Assembly: GCA_963843845.1 (NCBI GenBank)
Contig: CAWJMB010000002.1
Coordinates: 2,944,001 to 3,008,000 of the forward strand
Length of the DNA: 64,000 nucleotides
Reading direction: 5' to 3'
From: an uncultured Gemmatimonadaceae bacterium
GTDB lineage: Bacteria; Gemmatimonadota; Gemmatimonadetes; Gemmatimonadales; Gemmatimonadaceae
Shown: one piece after another, positions 51,142 to 60,967 of the stretch
Position numbering within the stretch: position 1 is the first letter of the stretch
Layout of the letters: each line of letters opens with the position of its first letter
The notes under the pieces: generated by a model
Databases searched by the model: none
What the model was told of the DNA's origin: nothing
The model's input: the letters and a program-made list of their open reading frames with translations, nothing else
Program-made: the position numbers and the translations under genes

Positions 51142-51528
51142 TTACCCACTTCGCGGCGCGCGGGCCAGATCGGAGACGATGACCCAGACGCTCCGCGTGC
51201 GCCGCGAGTAGAACAGCCGCACGGTCACGTCGCGCGGGCTCTGCTTGAACGCGAAGTGGAACTGGAAGGTCTCGTCGAGCGACTCTCGGATCACCCCCTC
51301 CCGGAATCGGCCGTAGAACGCCTGCACCTTCGTGCACGGCGCGATCTCGCTGAAGAACGCCCGCCCGATCGCGTGCGCCTGCGGCAGCGACGCGAGCCGC
51401 GACTCGACCACGTTGTACTTGAGGATGCGCCCGCTCGCGTCGAGCTGAATGAGGCCGTGGGGGAGCGCGTCGAGCTCCTCGGGGGTCATCGCGTCGAGGT
51501 CATCGACGACGAGTGGCTGGTCGGACAT
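51142..51528 (-). CDS. pyp: photoactive yellow protein (PYP)-like PAS domain
   Basis: LDALPHGLIQLDASGRILKYNVVE...IGRAFFSEIAPCT...FYGRFREGV...W aligns ungapped with PYP; Y42, E46 and C69 are present. Confidence 0.85.
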   Translation of the reverse strand: MSDQPLVVDDLDAMTPEELDALPHGLIQLDASGRILKYNVVESRLASLPQAHAIGRAFFSEIAPCTKVQAFYGRFREGVIRESLDETFQFHFAFKQSPRDVTVRLFYSRRTRSVWVIVSDLARAPRSG

Positions 51529-51627
51529 CGCAAGATGATACACCGGCAGCATGACGTTCGCCCCGGGCCCGCCGGTCATCTCCGGGCGCCCCTTTCACCG
51601 CCGCCCGTTCGGCCGTATCGTGGCGCC

Positions 51628-51966
51628 ATGCCCCGTGACTCTGGCGCTCGTGCGCCCCGTCCCATCCGCCCGCGCGCCCGTCTGCGCGTCGTGCGCGGCG
51701 AGGGACGCGTGGGGCGGCCGACGCCGTCTCGGGCTGCGGCGGCCAGCCTCCTCGTGCCCGGAATCGGACAGCTGATCCAGGGGCGCATCGCAGCGGGCGT
51801 CGCGCAGGTGATGCTCCTCGTGGCGCTGTACGTCGGCGCCGATCGGGTGCGGGCCTTCGGGGTACCACCCCTCGCCGTGCTCCTCGCGCTGGCGCTCCTC
51901 TCCGCAGCCGACGCCGTTCGCGGCGATCGTCTCGCGCGGCGCGCCGCGCTGCGCCTCGTCGCCTGA
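51628..51966 (+). CDS. small membrane protein
   Basis: AAAASLLVPGIGQL..G motif plus two TM segments. Confidence 0.65.
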   Translation: MPRDSGARAPRPIRPRARLRVVRGEGRVGRPTPSRAAAASLLVPGIGQLIQGRIAAGVAQVMLLVALYVGADRVRAFGVPPLAVLLALALLSAADAVRGDRLARRAALRLVA

Positions 51967-51976
51967 CCCATCCTTC

Positions 51977-52441
51977 ATGTCTGCCGCATCCTGCTCTCGC
52001 CGCGAGTGGCTGCTCGCTGCCGCCGCATCGCTCGTCGCGCTGCGCCCTGCCCTGCTCGTCGCCGCGCCGGCGCACGCGATCACGATCTACAAGGATCCGA
52101 ACTGCGGCTGCTGCGCGAAGTGGGTCGACCACATGCGCGCCGCGGGGTTCGCGACGACGGTGCGCGACGAGGCGGACATGAACGCCGTGAAGCGCCGGCT
52201 CGGTGTCCCGGACGCGCTGGCGTCGTGCCATACCGGGCTCGTCGGCGGCTACGTCGTCGAGGGACACGTGCCCGCGGCCGACGTGCTGCGGCTGCTGCGC
52301 GAGCGTCCGCGCGCGAAAGGGGTCGCGGTTCCCGGCATGCCTGCCGGCTCGCCCGGCATGGAGATGGGCGGCCGCGCCGACCGCTACGACGTCGTCGCGT
52401 TCGACGCGAACGGCGCGACGCGCGTGTTCGCGACCCACTGA
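51977..52441 (+). CDS. DUF411 metal-binding protein with Tat-like signal
   Basis: Motifs SRREWL, YKDPNCGCC..W, SCHT, EGHVP, VPGMP.GSPGME. Confidence 0.9.
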   Translation: MSAASCSRREWLLAAAASLVALRPALLVAAPAHAITIYKDPNCGCCAKWVDHMRAAGFATTVRDEADMNAVKRRLGVPDALASCHTGLVGGYVVEGHVPAADVLRLLRERPRAKGVAVPGMPAGSPGMEMGGRADRYDVVAFDANGATRVFATH

Positions 52442-52754
52442 CCAGTCCAGCGCCCCGCGCCGCCGAGCGAGCCCGGATCGGCGCCGCATGTTTCGTTAGG
52501 CATCGGCGAGGCGGGCTTGAGACCCCGCGTCCATGGATGTGGTCACAGCGACCGTGCAATCCGATGGTGCGCAAGGGGTTATGAGACAGGCGCTGCCACG
52601 CCTCGCGGTGTGATTCGGAGCACGATCGACGCAGAGATCGGCCGCGAAAGCCCGCGCGACGGCACACATGCTGCTTTGTGAGTGGTCACCACGACAGCGA
52701 CTCCTGTCGTGATTCACTCGAAGTATTCGACCACGACGCATAGGAGCAGCAGTG

Positions 52755-53621
52755 ATGACTCTCAAGTTCACGACGACCCGGGCGATCGGCGCCGCCATCG
52801 CCCTGACGCTCGGGAGCGTGGCCTCGGTCGCCGCGCAGACCCCGGTTCGCAAGGATGTGCCGCGCCAGCCGGCTCCGACCCCTGCCCCGACGCCGATGCC
52901 CGAGCCGGCTCCGGCTCCGGTCCAGGCGCCGACCCCGATCCCGATGCCGGACACGGTGGTCCAGACCACCACGACGACCGAAGTCAGCACGGGCGAGGCG
53001 ATGCCGATGGATCGTGGCACGCGCTTCGGCAACGGCTTCTACGTCGGCCTCGCAGGACAGGCCGCGTTCCCGCAGAACCGCCTGAACGACTTCTATCGCA
53101 CCGGCTACGGCGCGGAAGGGCACATCGGCTGGGATCCGGCCAACAGCCCGCTCGGCCTGCGCCTCAACCTCGGCTACACGCAGTTGAACGCGGACACGCG
53201 GCGCGGCGCGACGCTGCCGACGGGTGGGGTCAACTCGTACCGTGACCCGCAGATCTATCAGGGCACGCTCGACGCGAAGCTCCGCCTGCCGTTCGGCCGT
53301 CTGCTGGGCGCGACGAGCGGCCTCTACGCGGTCGGCGGCGGCGGCGTTCACTACTTCCGCAACTACGCCAACACGCTCGGCCAGACCACGAACGTCGGCA
53401 CGGTCGGCGGGAACGGACAGGGAAGCACGGGCGGCAACGTGACGAACACGTTCAACAGCGAGGACAAGACCCGCTTCGGCGCGAACGTCGGCGGCGGTCT
53501 CTCGTTCGGCATCGCCGGCGCGTCGCTGTTCGCCGAGACGCGCTACGTCCGCGTGTTCACGCCGAACACCGACATCGACTACCTGCCGGTGACGCTCGGC
53601 CTGACGTTCAACTGGCGCTGA
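52755..53621 (+). CDS. outer-membrane beta-barrel protein with Pro-rich N-terminal spacer
   Basis: AGGAG RBS, signal peptide, (PA/PT)n linker, alternating beta strands, C-terminal GLTFNWR. Confidence 0.85.
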   Translation: MTLKFTTTRAIGAAIALTLGSVASVAAQTPVRKDVPRQPAPTPAPTPMPEPAPAPVQAPTPIPMPDTVVQTTTTTEVSTGEAMPMDRGTRFGNGFYVGLAGQAAFPQNRLNDFYRTGYGAEGHIGWDPANSPLGLRLNLGYTQLNADTRRGATLPTGGVNSYRDPQIYQGTLDAKLRLPFGRLLGATSGLYAVGGGGVHYFRNYANTLGQTTNVGTVGGNGQGSTGGNVTNTFNSEDKTRFGANVGGGLSFGIAGASLFAETRYVRVFTPNTDIDYLPVTLGLTFNWR

Positions 53622-53659
53622 GCCGGACGCAGGACCCCGCACCCGTCGAGGTGTGGGAG

Positions 53660-53694
53660 AACGGGCGGTCCGGCTATGTCCGGACCGCCCGTTT
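53660..53694 (+). terminator. intrinsic terminator after OMP gene
   Basis: AACGGGCGGTCCGG-ctatgt-CCGGACCGCCCGTT followed by T. Confidence 0.65.
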
Positions 53695-53771
53695 GGCTTC
53701 ATGATTGCAATACACAGCTACACACTTGTTTCGCCACCGCGCCCGCAGAGGCGCTGCCGCCCATAGAACCG

Positions 53772-54581
53772 ATGCGCACCTCACTTCTCCTCATCGCAGC
53801 CGCCGGCGTCCCGACGCTGCTCGCAGCGCAGGCGACGGCTCCGGCCAACATGGTCGCCAGCCGGTTCGAGCTCGACACGGCGTTCGCCGTCTCGTCGCCC
53901 GCCGCCCCGACAGCCGCACGAGTCTTCCGCTCGGCGAAGGACAGCCTGATCTACGAGGGTGCACGCCTCGCCGCCGAGTCGGCGCGCGAGTTCCGCGTCG
54001 TCGTCTCGATGTTCGACCGTGAGCTCTACGTGCTCGACGGAGCCGACACGCTGCTCGTCGCGCCCGTGGCCGTCGCGGTCGACACGTCGCTGAGCTTCAA
54101 TGGGAAGACCTGGCGCTTCGAGACGCCGCGCGGGAAGCGCAAGGTGCTTTCGAAAGAGGCGTCGCCGGTGTGGACTCCGCCCGAGTGGCACTACGCCGAA
54201 GTGGCGGCGCGGCAGGGGCTGAAGCTCGGACACCTGCAGCGCAATCGGGCGGTCGCGCTCTCCGACGGCCGCAAGCTCGTGGTGCGCGACAACCGGGTCG
54301 GGACGCTCGACGGCGCGACGTTCACGGCGCTGCCGACCGACGAGGAGATCATCTTCGAGGGCACGGTCTACGTCCCGCCGAGCGGCACGCTGAATCGCCG
54401 CATCGAAGGAGAGCTCGGCAAGTACAAGCTGAACATGGGCGAAGGCTTCCTGCTCCACGGCACGCCGCACACGGCGTCGATCGGCACGGCGGCGACGCAC
54501 GGCTGCGTGCGGCTGCTCGATGAGGACATCGAGTGGCTGTTCGACCAGGTCCCGGTCGGGACGCCGGTCTACATCTACTGA
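53772..54581 (+). CDS. L,D-transpeptidase (YkuD)
   Basis: Signal peptide; P.W.PP motif; LLHGT....IG.AATHGCVRL; VPVGTPVYIY. Confidence 0.92.
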   Translation: MRTSLLLIAAAGVPTLLAAQATAPANMVASRFELDTAFAVSSPAAPTAARVFRSAKDSLIYEGARLAAESAREFRVVVSMFDRELYVLDGADTLLVAPVAVAVDTSLSFNGKTWRFETPRGKRKVLSKEASPVWTPPEWHYAEVAARQGLKLGHLQRNRAVALSDGRKLVVRDNRVGTLDGATFTALPTDEEIIFEGTVYVPPSGTLNRRIEGELGKYKLNMGEGFLLHGTPHTASIGTAATHGCVRLLDEDIEWLFDQVPVGTPVYIY

Positions 54582-54677
54582 CCCGGTCCTGCGGCTCGTG
54601 TGCCGCGGATGCAGATTGAACGGCGCGGCGAGAGACTCTCGCCGCGCCGCTGTCATTTCCCCCTGTTCCTCAGTGCC

Positions 54678-54992
54678 ATGGGAGCCTCAGCTGGTGCCAT
54701 CGTCGCGATGGCCGCGGCCCGCGCCGAGCGTGAGATCGTCGAGTACTTCCGCGACGCGGGTGCCATCGCGCCCGGCCGAACCGTTCCGCTCCCCGAGCCT
54801 GAGCGCTTCGTCGGCCGGAGCCGGCTCGAGCGGCTGATCGCGGCGGACGTCGTGCGCCAGGGCGCTGGCGGCTACTGGTTCGACGAGTCGATGTACGAGG
54901 GCTATCGCAGTGACAAGCGAACGATCGTGCTCGTGGTCGTCGGCATCGTCATCGCGACCGCGCTCGGCGTCGCCATGGCGGCGAGCGCCTGA
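54678..54992 (+). CDS. small hypothetical protein with C-terminal TM
   Basis: Compact ORF ending in the hydrophobic helix IVLVVVGIVIATALGV. Confidence 0.65.
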   Translation: MGASAGAIVAMAAARAEREIVEYFRDAGAIAPGRTVPLPEPERFVGRSRLERLIAADVVRQGAGGYWFDESMYEGYRSDKRTIVLVVVGIVIATALGVAMAASA

Positions 54993-55035
54993 GGCGCGGC
55001 GCCCGACTCGAGGGCAATCGCATCCCGGCGGGCCC

Positions 55036-57627
55036 TCATCCCCGCCGCTTCGCTCGCGCGGTAGGCGTCGCGGCCGCCGGGTCGTCGGGCCACTCGTGCT
55101 TCGGGTACCGCCCGCGTAGCTCGCGTCGCACGTCGGCATAGCTGCCACGCCAGAAGCCGGCGAGGTCGCCGGTGACCTGTACGGGTCGGTGCGCCGGCGA
55201 GAGGAGATGCAGCGTCAGCGGCACGCGCCCCGCGCCGACCGCCGGCGTGCTCGACGCGCCGAACATCTCCTGCAGGCGCACGGCGAGAACGGGCGCGCCC
55301 GGGTTCGCGTAGTCGACGCGAATGCGCGAGCCGCTCGGTACGACCACGTGTGTCGGTGCGAGCGCGTCGAGCGCTGCGCGCTGCGGCCACGTGAGGCGCG
55401 ACAGCAGCGCGTCGACGAGCGGGAGCTGCGCGAGCTGCGCGCGCCGCCGGAGCCCGGCGAGGTGCGGCGCGAGCCAGTCCTGGAGCGTCGCGAGCAGCGC
55501 CTCGTCGGAGACGTCGGGCCAGTCGTTCGGAGAGAGCGCGTGCGCGAAGCGCAGTCGATCGCGTAGCTCGCTCGCCGCGGCGCTCCACGGAAGGACGCGC
55601 AGCCCCTCGTCGCGAACGACGTCGAGCATCACCGCGACGACGGCATCCGGATCGGGGGCCGGGTCAGGACGGTCGCGCACGACGATCGCGCCGATGTGCT
55701 CGACGACGCCCGCACGCACGGCCTCCGACTCGCGATCCCAGCGCAGTTCGGCCGTCGTCTCGATCGACGCGGCGCCGGCATCGAGCAGTGCATCGAGAGT
55801 GACGGGCGCCGCGAGCAGAATACGGCTTTCCTGGTCCGTCCCGCCGAGTTGCGCGACGGCGAGATATGACGAGCCGGCGAGCGAGCCGGCGGACGCGAGC
55901 GCTGCGCCGCGTCCGCTGCGGAGCAGGTAACGATCGCCGGCACCAGCGCGGCGCTGCGCGATACGGTCCGGGTAGGCGAACGCGACGAGCACACCGACCA
56001 CCTCGTCGTCCGGCACCGCGGCCGCGTCGACGCGGGCGCGCTCACGACGTGGCACGATCGGTCGGAGCTGGCGCCAGAGCTGGCGCGCCTCCTCCCGAAC
56101 GCGCTGCACTACCTCGTGGTCGATCGCGTACGACGCGGGGAGCGCGTCGCCCTCCGACGCGCGGCGGACGAGGTCGAGTCTCGGCCGAACGTCGCCGCCG
56201 AATGCGACGGTGCCGAACGGACCGCCCCGCGGCGCCCCGCCGGACGACCGCACGACGTCGCGTTCACTCAACAGCGCAGCGAGCGTGCACGCCGGCTCGC
56301 CGGCGCCGAGCGCGTGGCCGCGCAGTACCATGTGAGCGAGCCGCGGGTGCAGCGGGAGCGCCGCCATCGCCTCGCCGTGCGGTGTCACCCGACCGGTGGC
56401 CGCGCTCAGCGCACCCAACGACGTGAGCAGCGCGCGCGCCTGTCGAAACGCGGCGTCGGGCGGCAGGTCGAGCCACGCCAGCTCCCGCGGCTCGACGACG
56501 CCGGCCGCCGCGAGGTCCAGCGCGAGCGGCGCGAGGTCGGCGTCGCGGATCTCGGGCGCGGTGTGCGCGGCGAGCTGTGCGTCCTCGGCCTCGCTCCACA
56601 ATCGATAGCACACGCCCGGCGCGACGCGCCCCGCGCGGCCGCGCCGCTGTGCAGCGGACGCTCGAGAGATGGGCGCGGTCGCGAGCCGGGTCATCCCGGT
56701 ACGTGGCGAGAAGCGCGGCACGCGCGCGAGCCCGCTGTCCACCACGACTCGCACGCCGTCGATCGTCAGGCTCGTTTCGGCGATGTTCGTCGAGAGGACG
56801 ACTTTGCGACGCCCGGGGGGTGACGAGGCGATCGCCGCGTCCTGCGCGTCCTGCGCGAGCATGCCGAACAGCGGGAGCACGCTGGTGTCGCGTGGCAGCG
56901 CGCCGTCGAGCAGCCGCGCGACGCGGTGGATCTCCGGCGCACCGGGAAGAAAGACGAGCACGTCGCCGTCATGCGCCTGCGCCGCCTCGCGCACCGTCGC
57001 CGCGACCGCGCGCTCGAACGCGCCGTGCCCGTCGTCGGGGCGGCGCTCGCGCCACCGCACCTCGACCGGCCAGCTCCGCCCCTCGCTCGTCACGATCGGC
57101 ACTGCGGTACCGAGCAGTGCGGCGACGCGCGCTCCGTCGAGCGTCGCGGACATGACGACGATGCGCAGCTCGGGGCGCAGCACCGTCTGCGTCTGCAGCG
57201 CGAGCGCGAGACCGAGGTCGGCGTGGACGCTCCGCTCGTGGAACTCGTCGAAGAGCACCGCGCCGACCCCGTCGAGCGACGGATCGCGCTGCACGAGGCG
57301 CGTGAGGATCCCTTCCGTGACGACTTCGATCCGGGTCCGCGGTCCGACGCGCGTGTCGAGTCGCGTGCGGTACCCGACCGTCTCGCCGACCGTCTCGCGG
57401 AGCGAGCGCGCCATGAACGTCGCCGCCGCGCGGGCCGCGAGGCGCCGCGGCTCGAGCACGATGATCCGTCCGCCGTCGAGCCACGGCTCGTCGAGCAAGG
57501 CGAGCGGCACGCGCGTCGTCTTCCCCGCCCCCGGCGGCGCTTGCAGCACGACGGACGACTGCCCGCGCAGCGCATCGCGCAACGCGGGCAGTACGTCGTC
57601 GATCGGCAGTGCGAGGGGTCGCGTCAG
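55036..57627 (-). CDS. hrpB: ATP-dependent RNA helicase HrpB
   Basis: Motifs LPID, APPGAGKTT, PRRLAA, DEFHERS, MSAT, TNIAETS, QRRGRAGR, RLQE.FG, RGRYPKH.WP.DP. Confidence 0.95.
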   Translation of the reverse strand: MTRPLALPIDDVLPALRDALRGQSSVVLQAPPGAGKTTRVPLALLDEPWLDGGRIIVLEPRRLAARAAATFMARSLRETVGETVGYRTRLDTRVGPRTRIEVVTEGILTRLVQRDPSLDGVGAVLFDEFHERSVHADLGLALALQTQTVLRPELRIVVMSATLDGARVAALLGTAVPIVTSEGRSWPVEVRWRERRPDDGHGAFERAVAATVREAAQAHDGDVLVFLPGAPEIHRVARLLDGALPRDTSVLPLFGMLAQDAQDAAIASSPPGRRKVVLSTNIAETSLTIDGVRVVVDSGLARVPRFSPRTGMTRLATAPISRASAAQRRGRAGRVAPGVCYRLWSEAEDAQLAAHTAPEIRDADLAPLALDLAAAGVVEPRELAWLDLPPDAAFRQARALLTSLGALSAATGRVTPHGEAMAALPLHPRLAHMVLRGHALGAGEPACTLAALLSERDVVRSSGGAPRGGPFGTVAFGGDVRPRLDLVRRASEGDALPASYAIDHEVVQRVREEARQLWRQLRPIVPRRERARVDAAAVPDDEVVGVLVAFAYPDRIAQRRAGAGDRYLLRSGRGAALASAGSLAGSSYLAVAQLGGTDQESRILLAAPVTLDALLDAGAASIETTAELRWDRESEAVRAGVVEHIGAIVVRDRPDPAPDPDAVVAVMLDVVRDEGLRVLPWSAAASELRDRLRFAHALSPNDWPDVSDEALLATLQDWLAPHLAGLRRRAQLAQLPLVDALLSRLTWPQRAALDALAPTHVVVPSGSRIRVDYANPGAPVLAVRLQEMFGASSTPAVGAGRVPLTLHLLSPAHRPVQVTGDLAGFWRGSYADVRRELRGRYPKHEWPDDPAAATPTARAKRRG

Positions 57628-58154
57628 GCCGAGGCCGAGGCTCCCGACGCGTCGAACGGCACGACCGGATCGATCGTCGACATCGTCGGCTCACTCGGCG
57701 GTGCGGGAGGCGCGGGCGGCGCGGGCGGCGCGGGCGGCGCGGGCGGCGCGGGCGGCGCGGGCGGCGCGGGCGGCGCGGGCGGCGCGGGAGGCACGGGCGG
57801 CGTGCCACCGCTGCGTCGGTCGCGCCACCATGTGTAGAGCCAGCGCGCGACGATCGCCACCAGCGCGATCGGCAGCACGATCTTGAGCGCGGCGAAGGCG
57901 AAGCCGATCACCGTGCCGACGACGGCCATGAGCGCGCTCACGAGGCCGACGACGAGGAGCAGCGGCAGGCCGATCACGGCGAGCACGAGCAGCAGCGGGA
58001 GCCCGACGATCGCGAGGACGATCAGCAGTGGAATGCCGACGACCTTGAGCACGCCGGCGAGCGGGAGCGCGAGGACGAGCAGCACGCTCATCAACCCCCC
58101 GACACTGCGGCCGAGGACCCACTTGAGCAGAAGCGCCTTCGCCGCGAGCCACAT
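57624..58154 (-). CDS. membrane protein with hydrophobic repeats and (PPA)n tail
   Basis: Long hydrophobic region with three G(I/L)PLL repeats and a Pro-Ala tail. Confidence 0.75.
   Translation of the reverse strand: MWLAAKALLLKWVLGRSVGGLMSVLLVLALPLAGVLKVVGIPLLIVLAIVGLPLLLVLAVIGLPLLLVVGLVSALMAVVGTVIGFAFAALKIVLPIALVAIVARWLYTWWRDRRSGGTPPVPPAPPAPPAPPAPPAPPAPPAPPAPPAPPAPPSEPTMSTIDPVVPFDASGASASA
57700..57798. repeat. 9-bp tandem repeat (GGCGCGGGC)n
   Basis: Eight perfect units at 57709-57780 plus three imperfect flanking units; encodes PPA. Confidence 0.95.
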
Positions 58155-58282
58155 CGTCACATTCTCCGAGAAGATTCTCCAGCTCGCCTACGTAGTCGGT
58201 GCGCTCATGTTTCAGTCGGCGCGCCGTCGTACTGCCGCCGCGACCGACCCGCCGTTCGATTTCCCCCGAACCTCTCCGTTCC

Positions 58283-58723
58283 ATGGCCGACGAGCGCTCA
58301 CAGAGCTACGCCACCCACCGCCGGTGGAACCCCCTCTATCACTTCGTCGTCACGCCGCTGCTGCTCGCGAACGTCGTGATCGCAGCGCTCGCGCTCTCGC
58401 GCTCGCCGTCGTTCGCGACGACGTGGGCGCTCGTCATGGCGGTCGCGCTCTTCCTGGTCGCCGGCGCGGCACGGTTGATGTCGCTGCGCGTGCAGGACCG
58501 AGTGATCCGCCTCGAGATGCGGCTCCGTCTGGCGCAGCTGCTGCCGCCCCCCCTCCTCGCGCGCGTCGGCCAGCTCCGCACGCGGGAGCTGCTCGCACTC
58601 CGCTTCGCCTCCGACGCGGAGCTGCCGGCCCTCGTCGAGCGCGTGCTGAGCGGCGAGCTGTCGACCCCGAACGCGATCAAGCGCGAGGTGCGCGAGTGGC
58701 AGGGCGACTGGCTTCGCGCCTGA
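58283..58723 (+). CDS. DUF6526-like membrane protein
   Basis: Motifs QSYATHRRWNPLYHFV, VQDRVIRLEMRLR, ALRFASD.EL, W..D.LR. Confidence 0.75.
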   Translation: MADERSQSYATHRRWNPLYHFVVTPLLLANVVIAALALSRSPSFATTWALVMAVALFLVAGAARLMSLRVQDRVIRLEMRLRLAQLLPPPLLARVGQLRTRELLALRFASDAELPALVERVLSGELSTPNAIKREVREWQGDWLRA

Positions 58724-58741
58724 CGCCCTGCCGCGCGTCGA

Positions 58742-59113
58742 TCACCGGCCGCGTACGCGGTCCCACGCGTCCCGCGCGGCGTCCTTCACCTCCGCCCACG
58801 CCGACGTCGACGTGCCGCGCGCGGAGTCCCAGCCCCGTTCGAGGTCGGACTGCGCGTCGTCCCACGACCGGTTGGCGTGCTGGTGCGCGGACTCGGTGCC
58901 GTAGCGGTACGCCGGCGCGTAGTAGTCGTAGCTGCGGTCGGCCTGGACGTACGGGCGGCTCGCGTACTGCGTCCGCCAGTGTTCGTCGTCGGTCGCCTGC
59001 CACCCGCTCGTACCGAACGCGGTGTCGTGCAGGCTGCCGGTCGTGCCGGTGTTGATGCCGCTGTTGCCACTCGGCAGGTTGTCAAAGACGAGATTCCTTC
59101 CGACTTCGGCCAT
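58742..59113 (-). CDS. hypothetical protein sharing a domain with 27419..28177
   Basis: GAGG RBS; HWR..Y..RPY...DRSYD.Y.PAY..G and W...KDAARDAWDR. Confidence 0.75.
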   Translation of the reverse strand: MAEVGRNLVFDNLPSGNSGINTGTTGSLHDTAFGTSGWQATDDEHWRTQYASRPYVQADRSYDYYAPAYRYGTESAHQHANRSWDDAQSDLERGWDSARGTSTSAWAEVKDAARDAWDRVRGR

Positions 59114-59266
59114 GTGGCCCTCCTCGATGATTCGTCGTTGGCGCCGTGCGTCGAATGTCGCATCGAGGGCAAAGCGCGGGCCTCGTTTTCTTTACGACGC
59201 GGCATTTCCGGCGTCCACCGTCGTACGCTGTATCCGTCGACACTCTGCCTTCCCGCCCGGTCCGCC

Positions 59267-59641
<375 letters not shown>

Positions 59642-59667
59642 CTCGGCGCACGACGACGCCTACCGCG

Positions 59668-60964
59668 TCAGACGGACACGCCGCGGTACGTGGGGACGTA
59701 GTCGGGAAACACCACGCTCACGTTCGTGTTGCCGAGTCGCTTCGCGACGATCTCGGCGAGAATGTCGCGGTGGTCGAGCGTGACTCTGAGATCCTGACCC
59801 GATTCGAGGTTCTCGCGCGCGAGGCCGGGCCAGTTGTTCGTGACGACCTTCCCGCCCGCGATTCCCGGCCCCATCACGAACATCGCCGAGGCGCGCCCGT
59901 GATCGGTGCCGGCGCTCGCGTTCTCGCGCACGTTGCGGCCGAACTCCGAGAGCGCGACGAGCGTCACGTTCGCCGACGCGCCGCCGGGCGCCATGACGTC
60001 CGCCCAGAACGCGCCCAACGAATTCGAGAAGTCGCGCATCGTGTTGAACATCGAGCCGCCGTTCGGGTCCTGCTGCTGGTGCGTGTCCCAGCCGCCGACG
60101 TCGATCTGCACCGCCTCGATCCCGACGTCCGCCTTGATGAGCGCCGCGGCGGAGCGCAGGCTCCGGCTGAATCCCGACGTCGTGTACGTCGCGCCGGTCG
60201 TCGGCCGGTACGTCGCGACGCTGATGGTCTTCAGCAGCGCGAGCGTGTTCGACGCGTCGAGCGCCGCCGAGCGGACCGGGTCGAGCGTGAGCGAGTAGTC
60301 GCCCTTGAGCCATTCACCGCGCTGGACCGCCGTCGCCGCCTGGCCGGAGAGGCCGTACGTCGACGGGTCGGCGATCGGCAGCGTCTTCGGCGCGCCGTAG
60401 AGCGAGCGCTGCAGGCCGTCGGCGAGGCCCAGCGCGCGGAGCGGCGCGTCGGTGCGCGTCGGCGGCGTCGTCGCGAGGTGCCGCCCGAGCCAGCCGGTGA
60501 TCAGATTCACGTCGTTCGCCTTGCCGACCTCGATGAACCGCTGCATGTCGAAGTGCGAGCGGTTCGCCGACCGTGACGCCCGTGCCGTGCACGACGGCGA
60601 GCTGTTTCGCAGTGTAGGCCGGAAGCAGCCCGGCCATGGCCGGGGGCAGCCCGAAGTAGTCGGTGAGTGCGGTGACCTTGCTCGTCACGCCGCTGGCGTC
60701 GGGGCGCGCGACGGCGATCGTCGGACGCGACGTGTAGTAGTTGTTGTCGCCGTACGGCACGACGAGCGACAGCCCGTCCGCGCCGCCACGCATGAACACG
60801 CTCACGATCACGTCGCGCGCGCTCGCGTAGCTCTCGGCCAGCACGACGCGCGGAAGCCACGAGGGGAACGCCGCCGCGGCGAACGCGGCACCGGCGCCGG
60901 CGACGAAGTGGCGGCGCGAGAGCTCGTTGTACTCGCGGCAGCCGAAGTCCTGTTCGTCATGCAT
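59668..60964 (-). CDS. DUF1501 domain protein (frame break near 60570)
   Basis: Motifs SRRHF, FMRGGADGLS.VVPY, RSHF, GGWDTH, SEFGR..EN...GTDHG. Confidence 0.9.
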
Positions 60965-60967
60965 GGC

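Noticed and set aside
57700..57798. Possible CRISPR-like array
   Set aside because: It is a 9-bp tandem coding repeat without spacers, and no cas genes are present.
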